This document shows positions 40,713 to 53,488 of a stretch of DNA of 64,000 nucleotides, piece by piece. The stretch is from Pristiophorus japonicus. Taxonomy: Eukaryota. The position numbers and the translations under genes are program-made. Location of the stretch: assembly GCF_044704955.1 (NCBI RefSeq), contig NW_027252668.1, positions 5,890,001-5,954,000 of the forward strand, given 5' to 3'. Each line of letters opens with the position of its first letter. Position 1 is the first letter of the stretch. The notes under the pieces are model-generated. The model was not told the DNA's origin and did no database searches. It saw only the letters and a list, made by a program, of their open reading frames with translations.

Positions 40713-42813
40713 ATGGCGACCCCATCCACGCCGGTGGCAGGGCCAGCAAGGACATATGCGCAGGCGGCATCCACATCCATGGCGCCTCCTGCGCCACCTG
40801 CTGCCCTGCCACCATTCAGACTGATGACAAAGAAACACGGGGTCAAGAGCTACACTCAACCCACAATGAGCATTGAGGTGTGCATGCGGGCGATGGCCGG
40901 GGTAGTCGGCCCCTCGGCCATTGTTGCAGCCTCCAAGATGTCAGGGAAGGCTGTGTTCTTCCTGGGGTCGGAGCGGGCGGTGTCCCTGGCCCTTGAAAAG
41001 GGGCTCATGGTGGGCGGGACGTTCCTGCCGGTGGACCCTGTCGAGGCCACCGCGCAGAGGGTCATCATTTCAAACGTCCCGCCCTTTGTTCCCGCTGAGC
41101 TCCTTCTCCCTCACCTACACCAACTGGGGGAGGTAAGGTCGGGGATCTACCCCATACCGCTCGGCCTCAGGGAGAGCAGCCTGCGCCATGTGTTCTCCTT
41201 CCGCCGCCAGCTCTTTGTCCGGCTGGCACGGGAGGAGACGACGGAGGGCAATTTCAATGTGGTGCACGAGGGGACTGCCTACCGCGACTTCTGGACGTCG
41301 GAAGGCGTGCGGTGCCATGCCTGTAGGGAGGTGGGGCACGTTTGCAAGAACTGACCCGCCTCCAAGGCCGCCAAACCACCGAAGGCGGCTAAGGCTGGCG
41401 CCGCCGCCACCCCTCCCCCTAGTAGCGTCCGCGTGCCGCGTGCCGTGAGCCGTAGGTGCGCGGGCATCGTCGGGGGCCTTTGTTTTCACGGCCTCTGGCG
41501 GGGGGGAGGGTGAGCGTCCGATCGGAAAGAAGGTGCGGAGGAATGCGAAACATCTCGAGGCGGGTCCCCTCAGTGCGCCAGAAAGTTTGACCACCGCGCT
41601 CAGCCCAACCCAGTCATCGGCGAGCGCGGGGTGCCCTGAGCCCGTGCCCGAGCCCTTGACCAATACCGCAGAGGGGCTCGGGCGCGGGCAAGATAAGAAA
41701 AAGGGGGGGGCGGAGCGGGAGGCCTCGGCAGACACGGGGGTCTCCCTGCCTCCGCGCACCCCCAGGAACAAAAGGAGGCGCCACTCCAATGAGGCGGAGG
41801 GGGAACAACATCCTTCCGCGGAGGAGTCGGTGCCTGCCGCTTGTCCCGTGTCCCCCACCGGCGCCCCCAAACCACGCCGTAGGCGCGAGGAATCTGTCCC
41901 CGGGGAGGGTGAGGCAGTCGAGGCTGCCCAGCCGCTGCCTCCCGGGGATGGCATGAAAGATCTGCCTGGCGTGGGGGGCGTGGGGCCAGCGGAGGAATGC
42001 GTTGCTGCCGGGTCGAGCATCCCGGGGACTGAGGCGGACGGAGCCGAAAAGGTCGTACCTGAGACCGTCCGGCTATTATCCAACTTCCCCCGGGTGTCGT
42101 TGGGCCCAGAAGAAACGGCAATGAATGATTTTAACGAGTCTGTACACGCTGGGCCGGGGGGTGGCGGCGGGGTGGGGGAAGAACAACAACCCTCGCCCCC
42201 TACTTTGGAGCTGCGGTACTTGGTGGACCTGGAACATTACTTTGACTAGGTCTCTCCGTGTTCCCCGGTTACTGGGGCGGAGGAGGAACACCTTCCGCTG
42301 TCGCTTCCCGATCCAGCACCAAATTTAAAAGAGCCCAGTGGGGACTCCTCTGCCGATGATCCTGGGGGTGCGATCGGGGCGGAGCCAGGGCCAGATGGAG
42401 CGGCCGGGCCGTTTGCCGTACCTCATGCGGTCGACGGGCCGGCTGCTAGCGGCGACCTCCCGGAGGAGGACGGGGACTCGGTGGAGGACGCGGGTGAAGA
42501 TCTCGAGTCCATCGCCAGTGAGGCGGTGGATCTCCTCGTGCCCGCCGCTGAGTCCCCCCTCATTCCCGTAGAGGAACTCCGGGACTTTTTGGTCCAGAGC
42601 CAGGGTCGCCGCAACCGAACCCATCTGGCCCGGGAAAGATGGTCCTAGCCGGGGCTGCTCATCGCTTCCGTCCGCGTCACCGCTAAAACCATGGCCGCGG
42701 GCGGGCCCTTATCAAAGGCGCAAGGCCTTGAGCTGCGCTGGCTCAAAAAGTTCCTCGCTGGGCTGCTGAAGGAGTGGAGGTCAACAAACGACTCCACTCC
42801 CCCCCCACAATAG
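40713..42813 (+). pseudogene. Tx1 ORF1 (Gag-like nucleic-acid-binding protein with CCHC knuckle), disrupted
   Basis: VIISNVPPFV motif; CHACREVGHVCKN with the last Cys changed to TGA at 41352; further stops in the low-complexity C-half; end coordinate approximate. Confidence 0.75.
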
Positions 42814-42843
42814 GTTAGGTAGAGGTTGCACTATGCTCTTGTC

Positions 42844-45800
42844 ATGAAGATAACCATAGCCAGCCTCAACATCAACGGCGGCAGAGAGGCACGCCGTAGA
42901 TTTAACAATTTTTCGCTCCTGTGGGAGGGGAAATATGCGGTATGCTTCCTGCAAGAAACCCACACCGTTCCGGGAGACGAAGCCACGTGGCTCCTGGAAT
43001 GGCAAGTAGAGGTCCGCATGAGCCACCTCACCGCCACTTCTAGTGGGGTGGCCATCTTGCTGGCCTCGCATTTTCAGCCGGAGATCTTGGGGGTCGAGGA
43101 GCCCGTGCCAGGCCGCTTTCTGCACGTAACGGTTCACCTGGGGGACATGCCGCTCCATCTCGTGAACGTATACGCCCCTCAGCCCGGCCCGCAGCAAATG
43201 CGCTTCTTCGAAGAGGTGTCCGCTCTTCTTGGCTCCGTCGACGTCGGCCTCGGGGGGGATTTTAACTGCACCCTCGAGGCGAGGGACCGCTCCGGTTCCC
43301 CGCAGAGCATGACGGCGATGGGGAAGTTGAGAGACCTGGTCGGGTCCTTCGAGTTGGTGGACGTCTGGCGAAATCTCCATCCCGACTCCAGCGCCTTTAC
43401 TTGGGTGAGGCCTGGAGTAGGATGGTCCAGAGTCGACCGCCTTTACGTGTCTCGGGCGTACGTTTCCTGCGTCCCGACGGCCTCCTTGCGGCCGATGCCG
43501 TGTTCGGACCACCACCTGGTGTGGGCGGAACTCGCTTCGCTCCGCGGGAGGACGGGGTCCGCGTACTGGCATTTTAACAACCGGCTGCTGGAGGACGTGC
43601 GGTTCCAGGATTCGTTCCGTCGATTCTGGGCCGACTGGAGAAGGAAGCAGGGGGGCTTCCCCTCCTTGAGGCTATGGTGGGACGTGGGGAAGGCTCACGT
43701 CCGCGTCTTCTGTCAAGAGTACGCGAGGGGGTCAACCAAGAGGCGGGCGGCCAGGGTCGGGCGCCTAGAAAAAGAGGTGCTCGACCTGGAGTCCCGTCTC
43801 GGTCAAGTCGTCGGGGACCCGGCCCTGCGGATGGTGTACGAAGTGAAGAAGGCCGCGCTGAAGGACCTGCAGCTCGTCGGGTCCCGAGGCGCGTTCGTGA
43901 GGTCGCGGATCCGGTTCCTGCGGGATCTGGACCGCGGCTCCCCCTTCTTCTACTCGCTGGAAATAAAACAGAGTGTCCGTAAGCAGCTCTTGACGCTGCT
44001 GGCCGACGACGGCTCTCTCGTCTCGGATCCGGAGGGCGTCAACAAAAGGGCCCGTGAATATTACGGGGCCCTGTTCTCTCCGGAGCTGTCCAGCGAGGAA
44101 GCGCGTAGAGTTTTGTGGGAGGACTTGCCGAAGGTCAGCCCGGAGGGCACCGAAAATCTGGAAGCTCCGCTAAGCCTGGCGGAGCTGACCGGCGACCTCG
44201 ACCGGCTCTCGAGGGGAAAAGCCCCGGGGCTGGACGGGCTGACCGTGGAGATCCACAGGGCGTTCTGGGACATCCTGGGGGGCGACTACGCGCGAATCCT
44301 GGGGGAAAGTCTGGCGACCGGGCAGATGCCCCTCTCTTGGCGCAGGGCAGTCATCGTCCTGCTGCCTAAGAAGGGCGATCTCCGCCTCCTTAAGAACTGG
44401 CACCCGGGCTCACTCCTCAGCATGGACTACAAAATCTTCGCCAGGGCGATGTCTGCTCGCCTTGGTGCCGTGCTGGACCACATGATCCACCCCGACCAGT
44501 CCTACACGGTCCCGGGCCGGACAATCCACGATAACATCCATCTGGTCCGGGACCTCATCCATTATTCCCAGGAGGCTGGTCTGTCGGTCGCCTTCCTATC
44601 CCTCGACCAAGCGAAGGCGTTCGACAGGGTGGATCACGACTATCTGCTCTGAACTCTGCGCGCTTTCGGGTTCGGGACGCATTTCGTCGCCCGGATCCGA
44701 CTATTGTACGCCGCCGCGGAGTGTCTGATTAAGGTTAACGGGTCCTTGACGGCGCCCCTTCGCTTTGGGAGAGGGATGCGCCAGGGATGCCCCATGTCCA
44801 GCCAGTTATATGCCGTCTGCGTGGAGCCTTTCCTGCGCCTCCTGCGGACGAGGTTGACGGGACTGGCTCTGCAAGGGCCGGGCGTGGAGGTCGTCCTCTC
44901 GGCTTACGCCGATGACGTGCTCCTCGCGGTAGAGAATCCCGCTGACCTGCGGAGGATGCGTGAGTGCCAGGAGGTTTACTCGGCCGCATCCTCCGCCAGA
45001 ATCAACTGGGAAAAATGTTCCGGACTCCTGATGGGTTGGTGGCGGGTGGACTCCCTGCCGGAGGAGCTCAGGCCTTTTGCTTGCAGCACGACCCATCTCC
45101 TCTATCTGGGAGTCGACCTTAGCCCCGACGAGGAAGTCTGGCCGGCGAACTGGCAGGAGCTGGAGGCCAAGGTCACCGCTCGCCTAGGGCGCTGGACAGG
45201 ACTGCTCCGAGTGCTGTCCTACAGGGGTCGAGCGCTAGTCATAAACCAGCTGGTGGTCCCCATGTTGTGGTACCGGCTGGTCACTTTGACCCCTCCCCCT
45301 GCGTTTGTCGCCAAGATACAGAAGAAGCTGGTGGACTTCTTCTGGAACAACAGGAAGCACTGGGTCTCTGGGGCGGTGTTGAAGCTCCCGCTTGGGGAGG
45401 GCGGTCAATCGTTGGTGTGCGTCAGCGCCCAACTCGCGACTTTCCATCTTCAGACCCTGCAGAGATACCTTTACATCGAGCCCCCTCCTAGGTGGCGTGC
45501 TCTGGCGACGTATTTCTTCCGCCAGCAGCACGGCCTCAACTACGACACGCAGCTCCTGTTTGTGAGTGTGGGGGGCGTCAGGACCGCCCTCCGGGAGCTG
45601 CCTGTCTTTTACAAGGAACTCATCAGGGTCTGGAACAAAGTCTCCACCAAGCGCAGCTCTCCACCGGCTGGAGTGGCGGCCGTCTTGCAGGAGCCGCTGC
45701 TCGGGAATCCGTACCTCCACGACCAAGGTTTTAGGTGGCGGTTGGACGAGAGGGCTGTGGCTGGTGAGGTGACCAGGGTCACGGACCTGCTCGATGGTGG

Positions 45801-46731
45801 AGGAGCGGGCTGGATGGCGCCAGACACGCTGGCGCGGTGCCTAAATTCTGCCAACGTCCGTCACGCGGCCGATGCCATCGAGTCGCTAAAAAGAGCTCTG
45901 GGCCCCGACTCCATTAGGTGCATCGAGGAGGCTCAAGCACGTGGGGAGATCCCATCCGAACTGACCCACGTCCGGACGGAATTCCTCATCGGCGCCAAAC
46001 CCCGGAACCTCCCTCTGGGGCCAGCGCCTCACAACTTGAGCCGCCTCGGGGAAATCCCCTCCGTGCCTTTCATTTCCGCGCGGAGGGGTTTCCTGTACGG
46101 GCTGCTCCTGCACACTCTGAAATTTGCCATCCTTGCCTGCCGTCCGGACACGCCATGGCGTACCATCTTGCCGTCCGGAGGAGGCGGGGGTCCCCGATGG
46201 AGGGCACTCTACACGGGAGTCCTCCCAGTATTTATCAGGGACTTGGCCTGGAGGGTGGTGCACGGAGCAGTCCCGTGCAATAAATTTTTAAGCCGGTTCA
46301 CGGGCTCCCAGGCCGCCTGCAATTTCTGCGGTCTGGAAGAGTCCATGTTCCATGTTTTTATGGAATGCACGAGGTTGCAGCCCCTGTTTGATTATTTAAA
46401 GGGGCTGCTCCTGAAATTCTGGCTGCACTTCAGTCCCACACTCCTGATCTTTGGACACCCTGTGCAGAGGGGAGCGGGTAGGTCCGAGGGCCTCCTTGTA
46501 GGACTGCTCCTGCGCACGGCCAAGGGTGCCATCAGCCGGTCCAGGCAGCGGGCGGTCGAGGGGGTCGTTCTACCTGACTGCCTGCCTCCCTTCCGCGCGT
46601 ACATCCACGCCAGGGTGTCCTTGGAGATGGAGCACGCGGTGTCCACCGGTACGCTCGCGGCCTTCCGCGAGAGGTGGGCACCGGAGGGACTGGAGTGCAT
46701 CGTCATGCCCGGCAACCAAATTTTAAATTGA
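42844..46731 (+). pseudogene. Tx1 ORF2 (APE endonuclease, RT, CCHC) with a single in-frame stop
   Basis: SLNING, LQETH, GGDFN, SDH (APE); QGCP, YADD (RT); ORFs 42826 and 44704 share a frame and are separated only by TGA at 44650-44652 (GGA in copies A/B). Confidence 0.93.
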
Positions 46732-47509
46732 TTTTATGTTTTAAAGTTTAATTTGTTTTAATTGCTGGTGTTTTTTAGTGTCCCCCTCCCCTTTTATAGG
46801 GGGCACTTAGGAAAAATATTATTTAAGTGCCAAAAAAAAAAAAAAAATGGGCGTTGTAAATGTTTGGTGCATCCCCCAGATCGGGGGGCCACGGTTTAAT
46901 GTTTTTGTTTGCTCCAAAAGAGTTTCATGCACATGGAACCCCAGGTCCCTCTGCATCTCAGCATGTTGTAATTTCTCCCCATTCGAATAATATTCCCTTT
47001 TACTGTTTTTTTCCCCAAGGTGGATGACCTCACACTTTCCGACATTGTATTTCATCTGCCAAACCTTAGCCCATTCGCTTAACCTATCTAAATCTCTTTA
47101 CAGCCAATCTGTGTCCTCTCCACAACCCGCTTTCCCACTAATCTTTGTGTCATCTGCAAATTTTGTTGCACAACACTCTGTCCCCTCTTCCAGGTCATCT
47201 ATGTATATTGTAAACAGTTGTGGTCCCAGCACCGATGCCTGTGGCACACCATTAACCACCGATTTCCAACCCGAAAAGGACCCATTTATCCCGACTCTCT
47301 GCTTTCTGTTCGCCAGACAATTCTCTATCCATGCTAATACATTTCCTCTGACTCCGCGTACCTCTATCTTCTGCAGTAACCTTTTGTGTGGCACCTTATC
47401 AAATGCCTTTTGGAAATCTAAATACACCACATCCATCGGTACACCTCTATCCACCATGCTCGTTATTTCCTCAAAGAATTCCAGTAAATTAGAAAATTCC
47501 AGAAAAAAC

Positions 47510-49700
47510 AGAAACTGACAGCACAGAGATAGATACATACTCCCATACCAGAGTCTGACTTGCACAGAGTTAGATACGTACTTCCATACCAGACAGTGAC
47601 AGGCACACACATATATATATATATATATATACAGCCATACCAGAGATTGACTGGGACAGAGATAGATACATACTTCTATACCGGACACTGACAGGCACAC
47701 AGATAGATACATACACCCATATCAGCGATTGACTGGGCCAGAAATAGATAAATACTCTCATAACAGAGACTGATGGGCACACAGATACTTACTCCCATAA
47801 TAGACACTGACAGCACAGAGATAGATACATACTCCCACAACCGGCCCAGAGATACTCCCATACCAGACAGTGACAGGCACACACATATATACATACTCCC
47901 ACACCAGAGATTGACAGCACAGAGATAGTTACATAATTGTATACCGGACACTGACGGGCACAGAGATAGATACATACTCCCATACCAGAGACTGACTTGC
48001 ACACAGATAGATACATACTCCCAGACCAGAGACTGACCGCACAGAGATAGATACATACTCCCACACCCGGCACAGAGATACTCCCATACCAGACAGTGAC
48101 AGGCACACACATATATACATACACCCATACCAGCTACTGACAAGCAGAAAGATAGATGCAAACTTCTATACCGACACTGACATGCACACAGATAGATACA
48201 TAATCCCATACCCGAGATTGACAGGCACAGAGATAGATACATACTCCCATACATGAGACTGACAGGCACAGAGATAGATACATACTCCCACACCAGAGAT
48301 TGACAGCACAGAGGTAGTTACATAATTGTATACCGGACACTGACGGGCACAGAGATAGATACATACTCCCATACCAGAGACTGACTTGTACACAGATAGA
48401 TACATACTCGCAATCCAGAGACTGACGGGCACAGAGTTAGATACAAAGTCCCATACCCGACACTGACAGGCACACAGATAGATACACACTCCCACACCAG
48501 AGACTGACAGCACAGAGATAGATACATACTCCCACACCCGGCACAGAGATAGATACATACTCCCATTTCAGAGACTGACAGCACACAGATTGATACATGC
48601 TCCCATACCCGAGACTGACAGGCACAGAGATAGATACATACTCCCATGCTAGAGACTGACTTGCACACAGATAGATACATACTCGCAGACCAGAGACTGA
48701 CGGGCACAGAGTTAGATACAAAGTCCCATACCCGACACTGACAGGCACACAGATAGATACATGCTCCCATACCAGAAACTGACAAGCACACAGATAGATA
48801 CACACTCCCACACCAGAGACTGACAGCACAGAGATAGATACATACTCCCACACCCGGCACAGAGATAGATACATACTCCCATTCCAGAGACTGACAGCAC
48901 ACAGATTGATACATGCTCCCATACCCGAGACTGACGGGCACAGAGATAGATACATACTTCCATACCAGACAGTGACAGGCACAGAAAGACACATATTCCC
49001 ACACCAGAGACTGACAGGCACAGAGATAGATACATACTTCCATACCAGAGACTGACAGGCACAGATAGATACATACTCAAATACCCGACACCGACAGGCA
49101 CAGACTGATACATTCTCCCATACCAGAGACTGACGGGCAGAGGTGGATACATACGCCCATACCAGCGTCTGACAGGTACAGACATAAATAGGTGCTCCCA
49201 TACCAGAGATTGACTGGCACAGATAGATACATACTCCCATACCAGAGACTGACAGGCACAGAGATAGATACATACTTCCATACCAGAGACTGACAGGCAC
49301 AGATATAGATACATTCTCCCTCACATGAGACTGACAGGCACACAGATAGATACTTACTCCCATATCAGAGACTGACAGGCACAGAGATAGATACATACTT
49401 CCATACCAGAGACTGACAGGCACAGAGATAGATATATACTTCCATTCCAAGCACTGATAGGCACAGAGTTGGATACATACTCCATACCAGAGAGTGGCAG
49501 AGACAGAGATACATAGTCCCATACCAGAGGGTGACAGAACAGAAATAGATACTTACTCTCATACCAGAGACTGACAGGCACAGATAGATACATACTCCTA
49601 CACCAGAGACTGACAGGCACAGTGATAGATACATACTCCATACCAAAGAGTAGCAGAGACAGAGATAGATACATACTCCCATACTAGAGACTGACAGATT
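47510..49700. repeat. ~41-bp satellite (GACAGGCACAGAGATAGATACATACTCCCATACCAGAGACT)
   Basis: Dozens of tandem units with higher-order sub-blocks; short related array at 38157-38365. Confidence 0.93.
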
Positions 49701-49974
49701 CAAAGGAAAACCATCTCTGAATTAGGTAGAAACTAACAGTTATTGGATAAGACGCACACTAATAAATCAGAAGATGACAAGTACAGAATAAAATCCAGAT
49801 TCCCATAACAGACACTGCCAGATACAGAGTAAAGTCCACACGCACATACCAGGGACCGATAGATACAGAGCGACGCTCACGTGCCAGGGACTGAGAGAAA
49901 CAGACTAAAACCTACCATTGCAAAGCTGAAAATGACAGATACAGAGTACTCCCCTCTATTCCATATCAATAAAA

Positions 49975-50150
49975 GTGGAGAGAGGAACAGAGTTAATGTT
50001 TCAGGTGTATGAGCTTTTGTCATCGAACTGAAACGTTAACTCTCTCTCTCTCTCTCTCTCTCTCTCCACAGATGCTGCCTGACCCGCTGAAATTTCCAGC
50101 ATTTTCTGTTTTTATTTCCAATTCCAGCATCCACAGTATTTTGCTTTTAT
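49975..50150. mobile_element. Probable Penelope-like element terminal remnant with an inverted duplication
   Basis: gagttaatgtttcag ... ctgaaacgttaactc inverted repeat, (TC)n, then cagatgctgcctgacc; related remnant at ~29885-29975; family assignment is from memory. Confidence 0.45.
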
Positions 50151-50453
50151 ACTTGTATATCATAATAAAAATAACATAAAAAATAGGAGCAGGATGGAAT
50201 AAAACACACTGTCATTTCAAACACTGACAGGTACAGAGTAAAAGTCATAATCACATACCAGAGGTGGGCTGATACAGAATAAAGTCCATAATCACAAACC
50301 CGGTTCCAATACAGTACATAGAACCCCCCCCACAATAATCAGAGAATGTGTGTAAAGATTAAAATCCACATTCACAAACCAGAAATTCACAGGTATTGAT
50401 TAAAACACTCACTTATATATCCCAAACAGAAAGTGGATTAAATTTTGACTGGA

Positions 50454-50526
50454 TCCTACGGCCATGAATTGAACCCAGATCAACGAGCTTGGAAGGCAGC
50501 TGTGCTCACCACTCTACCACCATCAC
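50454..50526 (-). pseudogene. tRNA-Gly(TCC) pseudogene
   Basis: GTGATGGTGGTAGAGTGGTGAGCACAGCTGCCTTCCAAGCTCGTTGATCTGGGTTCAATTCATGGCCGTAGGA aligns with vertebrate tRNA-Gly-TCC; acceptor, anticodon and T stems mismatched; no oligo-T terminator. Confidence 0.85.
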
Positions 50527-50569
50527 ACGCATCAAGCGGGAAAGCATCGCTTTCTGTTTTTACACGTGC

Positions 50570-51100
50570 CTGTCAATCCCCCACTGACACACTGTACCAG
50601 ACAGTGACAGATAGTGTCTTTACTATACTCCCAGTCAATCCCACACTGACACACTGTACCAGACAGTGACAGATACAGTGTCTTTACTATACTCCCTGTC
50701 AATCCCACACTGACACACTGTACCAGAGAATGACAGATAGTGTCTTTACTATACTCCCAGTCAATCCCACACTGACACACTGTACCAGAGAGTGATAGAT
50801 AGTGTCTTTACTATACTCCCAGTCAATCCCACACTGACACACTGTACCAGACAGTGACAGATACAGTGTCTTTACTATACTCCCAGTCAATCCCACACTG
50901 ACACACTGTTCCAGAGAGTGACAGATACAGTGTCTTTACTATACTCCCAGTCAATCCGACACTGACACACTGTTCCAGAGAGTGACAGATACAGTGTCTT
51001 TACTATACTCCCAGTCAATCCCACACTGACACACTGTACCAGACAGTGACAGATACAGTATCTATCCTACACTGACCAGTGAATCCCACATTAGCACACA
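50570..51100. repeat. 62-64-bp minisatellite, ~8 units
   Basis: CAATCCCACACTGACACACTGTACCAGACAGTGACAGATACAGTGTCTTTACTATACTCCCAGT repeated. Confidence 0.93.
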
Positions 51101-52389
51101 GTAGCTGAGTGACAGAGGCAGTGTCTGTCCCACACTCAATGATTAACCCCAGCACTGTAGACGTCTCTGCAAAGACACGTTTGGTTGAAATGAATTGCCC
51201 AGTAATGTCGATCCCACACTCAGTGATTAACCCACTGTTCACACTACAATCGGGTGAGCGCCTCCACCTGCTTTTAATGGTTGTTTGGAATTTTCAGCTG
51301 GACCAATAAAATACTTTGCAATAGTTTAAGCTGAACATAAACATGGTTCTGAGCGATCTGTGGAATTTAAAATGGGTTCTGCTGAATGATTGTCACTTGT
51401 TGCAGCACTCACTTTCAGCCAGGAGATGGCAGCAACCTCTAACAGTTAGGAGTGTACAGATTGTGTCCACACATCTCGACGGCCATGAGTCTGGTACTAC
51501 CCGGGGAGTTGGCCAAGCACACTCGCTCCAAGTAAATCTCCACAAATTACTGACAAAAAAACCCAGTAAACACCACGATTCACATACAAGAAATTGACAG
51601 ATGCAGGTTAAAATCCCAACTCCAGTGATTCACAACCCTCTGAGTGAACAAATTTCTCCCAATCTCAGTTCGATATTATTGTACCAACGCTACCTTACTC
51701 TTATACTCCAACCCATTTGCATTAAGGGCTAACATACCATTTATCTTCCTAATTGTTTGCTGTAACTGCATGTTAACTTTCTGTGATTCATGTACAAGGA
51801 CACTCAGATTCCACTCAATAACATTTACTAGTCTTTCTCTTTTAAATAAAGTCAGTTGTTTCATTCATATAAAGTTAAATTCACACTCGCATCTCAAAGT
51901 CTGAACAATACACAATAAAACCCACACTCACATATCAGTGACTGTCAGGGACAGAGTAAAACACACTCACATAACAGAAACTGACAAGTAGAGAGTAAAA
52001 CATGCATTTGCATAACAGAAACTGACCAGGTACAGAATAAAACCCACACACACATCCCAGAGACAGCGAGACAATGTGAAAATCACACTCAGATACTCGA
52101 AGCTGACAGGTGTATAATGAAACCCAAATTCGCCGAGCAGAAACTGAAGAAAAAACAACACTCACATAAATCATATTTCCAAATATGTTTATCAAAGTTA
52201 GGTGCGCCTTTGTCGAGCTGTGTCAAGTAAATAGCCCTTACGTTTGAGAAATTCCTTGACCTGCAAGTCTAAATAAATATTTAATCACTTAACGCAATGG
52301 TGTAATCAAATTCAGCTGTAAGAAATGGGAGAAGGCCATAAGGCCCCTCGAGCCTGCTCCACAATTCAATAGGATCATGGTTGAACAGT

Positions 52390-52522
52390 CAAAAATGCAC
52401 GCGGTGCTCCTGACAAAGAAATCCAATGCTGGGCCCAGCAAGAGCAAGTAAAATGGACAAGATTTAATCTAATACCACGTTGGTTCTTTTCAGAGCCACG
52501 CACTCTATCTGTGAAAGGGTTG
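52390..52522 (+). pseudogene. H2A: Histone H2A 3'-end remnant (paralogue of 1147-1283)
   Basis: AVLLTKKSNAGPSKSK*; stem-loop 52482-52497; preceded by the same inverted CR1 tail. Confidence 0.8.
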
Positions 52523-52568
52523 GTTACTGTCTGAAGAAACTGATCTATTGATCACAATCTGATCAGCT

Positions 52569-53005
52569 GTGCTTCAGTTGGTAGCACCCTTGCTTCTGAG
52601 TCAGATTCCAGGGACTTGAGCACAAAAATCTAGGTTGACATACCAGTGCAGTGATGAGGGAGTGCTGCACTGTTGGAGGTGCCATCTATAGTAAGAGACG
52701 TGAAACCGAGGTCCGTCGCTCTCTCAGGTGGATGTAATAGATCTCACGGCCACTATTTTGAAGAAGAGCAGGTCAATTATGCCCGGTGTCCTGGCCAATA
52801 CTTCGCCCTGGATCAACGCAACACAGTGGATTATCTGGTCATTACACATTGCTGTTTGTGGGAGCTTGTTGTGCGCGAAATGTCAGCCGCCGTTCCGACA
52901 TTACTACAGTGTCTGCACTTCAAAAAGCACTTCATTGGCTGCGAAGCACGTTCTGAAGTCCGATGGTCGTGAAAGGCGCAATATAAATCCAGGTCACTAT
53001 TTCTT
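52569..53005 (+). mobile_element. DeuSINE (paralogous insertion to 1330-1745)
   Basis: Same position relative to the H2A remnant and H2B; Deu-domain-like core. Confidence 0.7.
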
Positions 53006-53488
53006 TACTTGATATTAAATCGCAACGGTTGATAAACTGGGAGTTTCCTGACCAGAAGTCACCCTCAGTCAATCTCGGTTATAAACCGGTCAATGTCTGT
53101 TGAACATGTAAAAATCCAGATCGATAAACAGAGCAGCGAGTTTGCTGTTCAGATTATTGAATATATACTAAAAGATTTATGAACCTTCCTCATAAGATTT
53201 TTGCCTGATAGCAGAACAGAAACACATAAAGAACAGAGTATGAATCAGGAGGTGTTGCAACACATGACCTCATTCAAGAATTTTAGATTGTGGCGAGCAC
53301 AAATTTGATTGGTCTCTTTAAACATCCAATCAGAGAGATACAGAACAATTAATATTGACAAGCCAATCACAACCATTGCCTTCTCCCATCCCTCATTAGC
53401 ATAGGGCTGTGGGCGGAGTGTGGGGCTGCTGGTATAATACGGGCTCGGAGCAGAATTTCCCCAAATCTGCGCCTGACTGAACGAGACG

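Larger units (their letters stand above)
39794..46923 (+). mobile_element. Tx1-clade LINE copy E, apparently full length (~7.1 kb)
   Basis: ~0.9-kb 5' UTR, ORF1, ORF2 and 3' UTR ending CCAAAAGAGT, then a mutated target copy TTCATGCACATGGAACC. Confidence 0.94.
38368..47490 (-). mobile_element. Host CR1 fragment split by three Tx1 insertions (CR1 parts 38368-39061 and 46924-47490)
   Basis: NGEKLQHAEMQRDLGFHVHE continues as SQKVSLQVIRKANG; same CR1 subfamily as the 10867-17565 host. Confidence 0.92.

Noticed and set aside
46788-46803. Antisense CCTATAAAAGG in the Tx1 3' UTR, matching the CR1 monomer TATA core
   Set aside because: An 11-bp match within a hairpin region; no supporting initiator or transcript evidence, so coincidence cannot be excluded.
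47570-49703. Long Cys/Val/Tyr-rich minus-strand ORFs
   Set aside because: By-products of the 41-bp satellite; overlapping in all frames with no domain.
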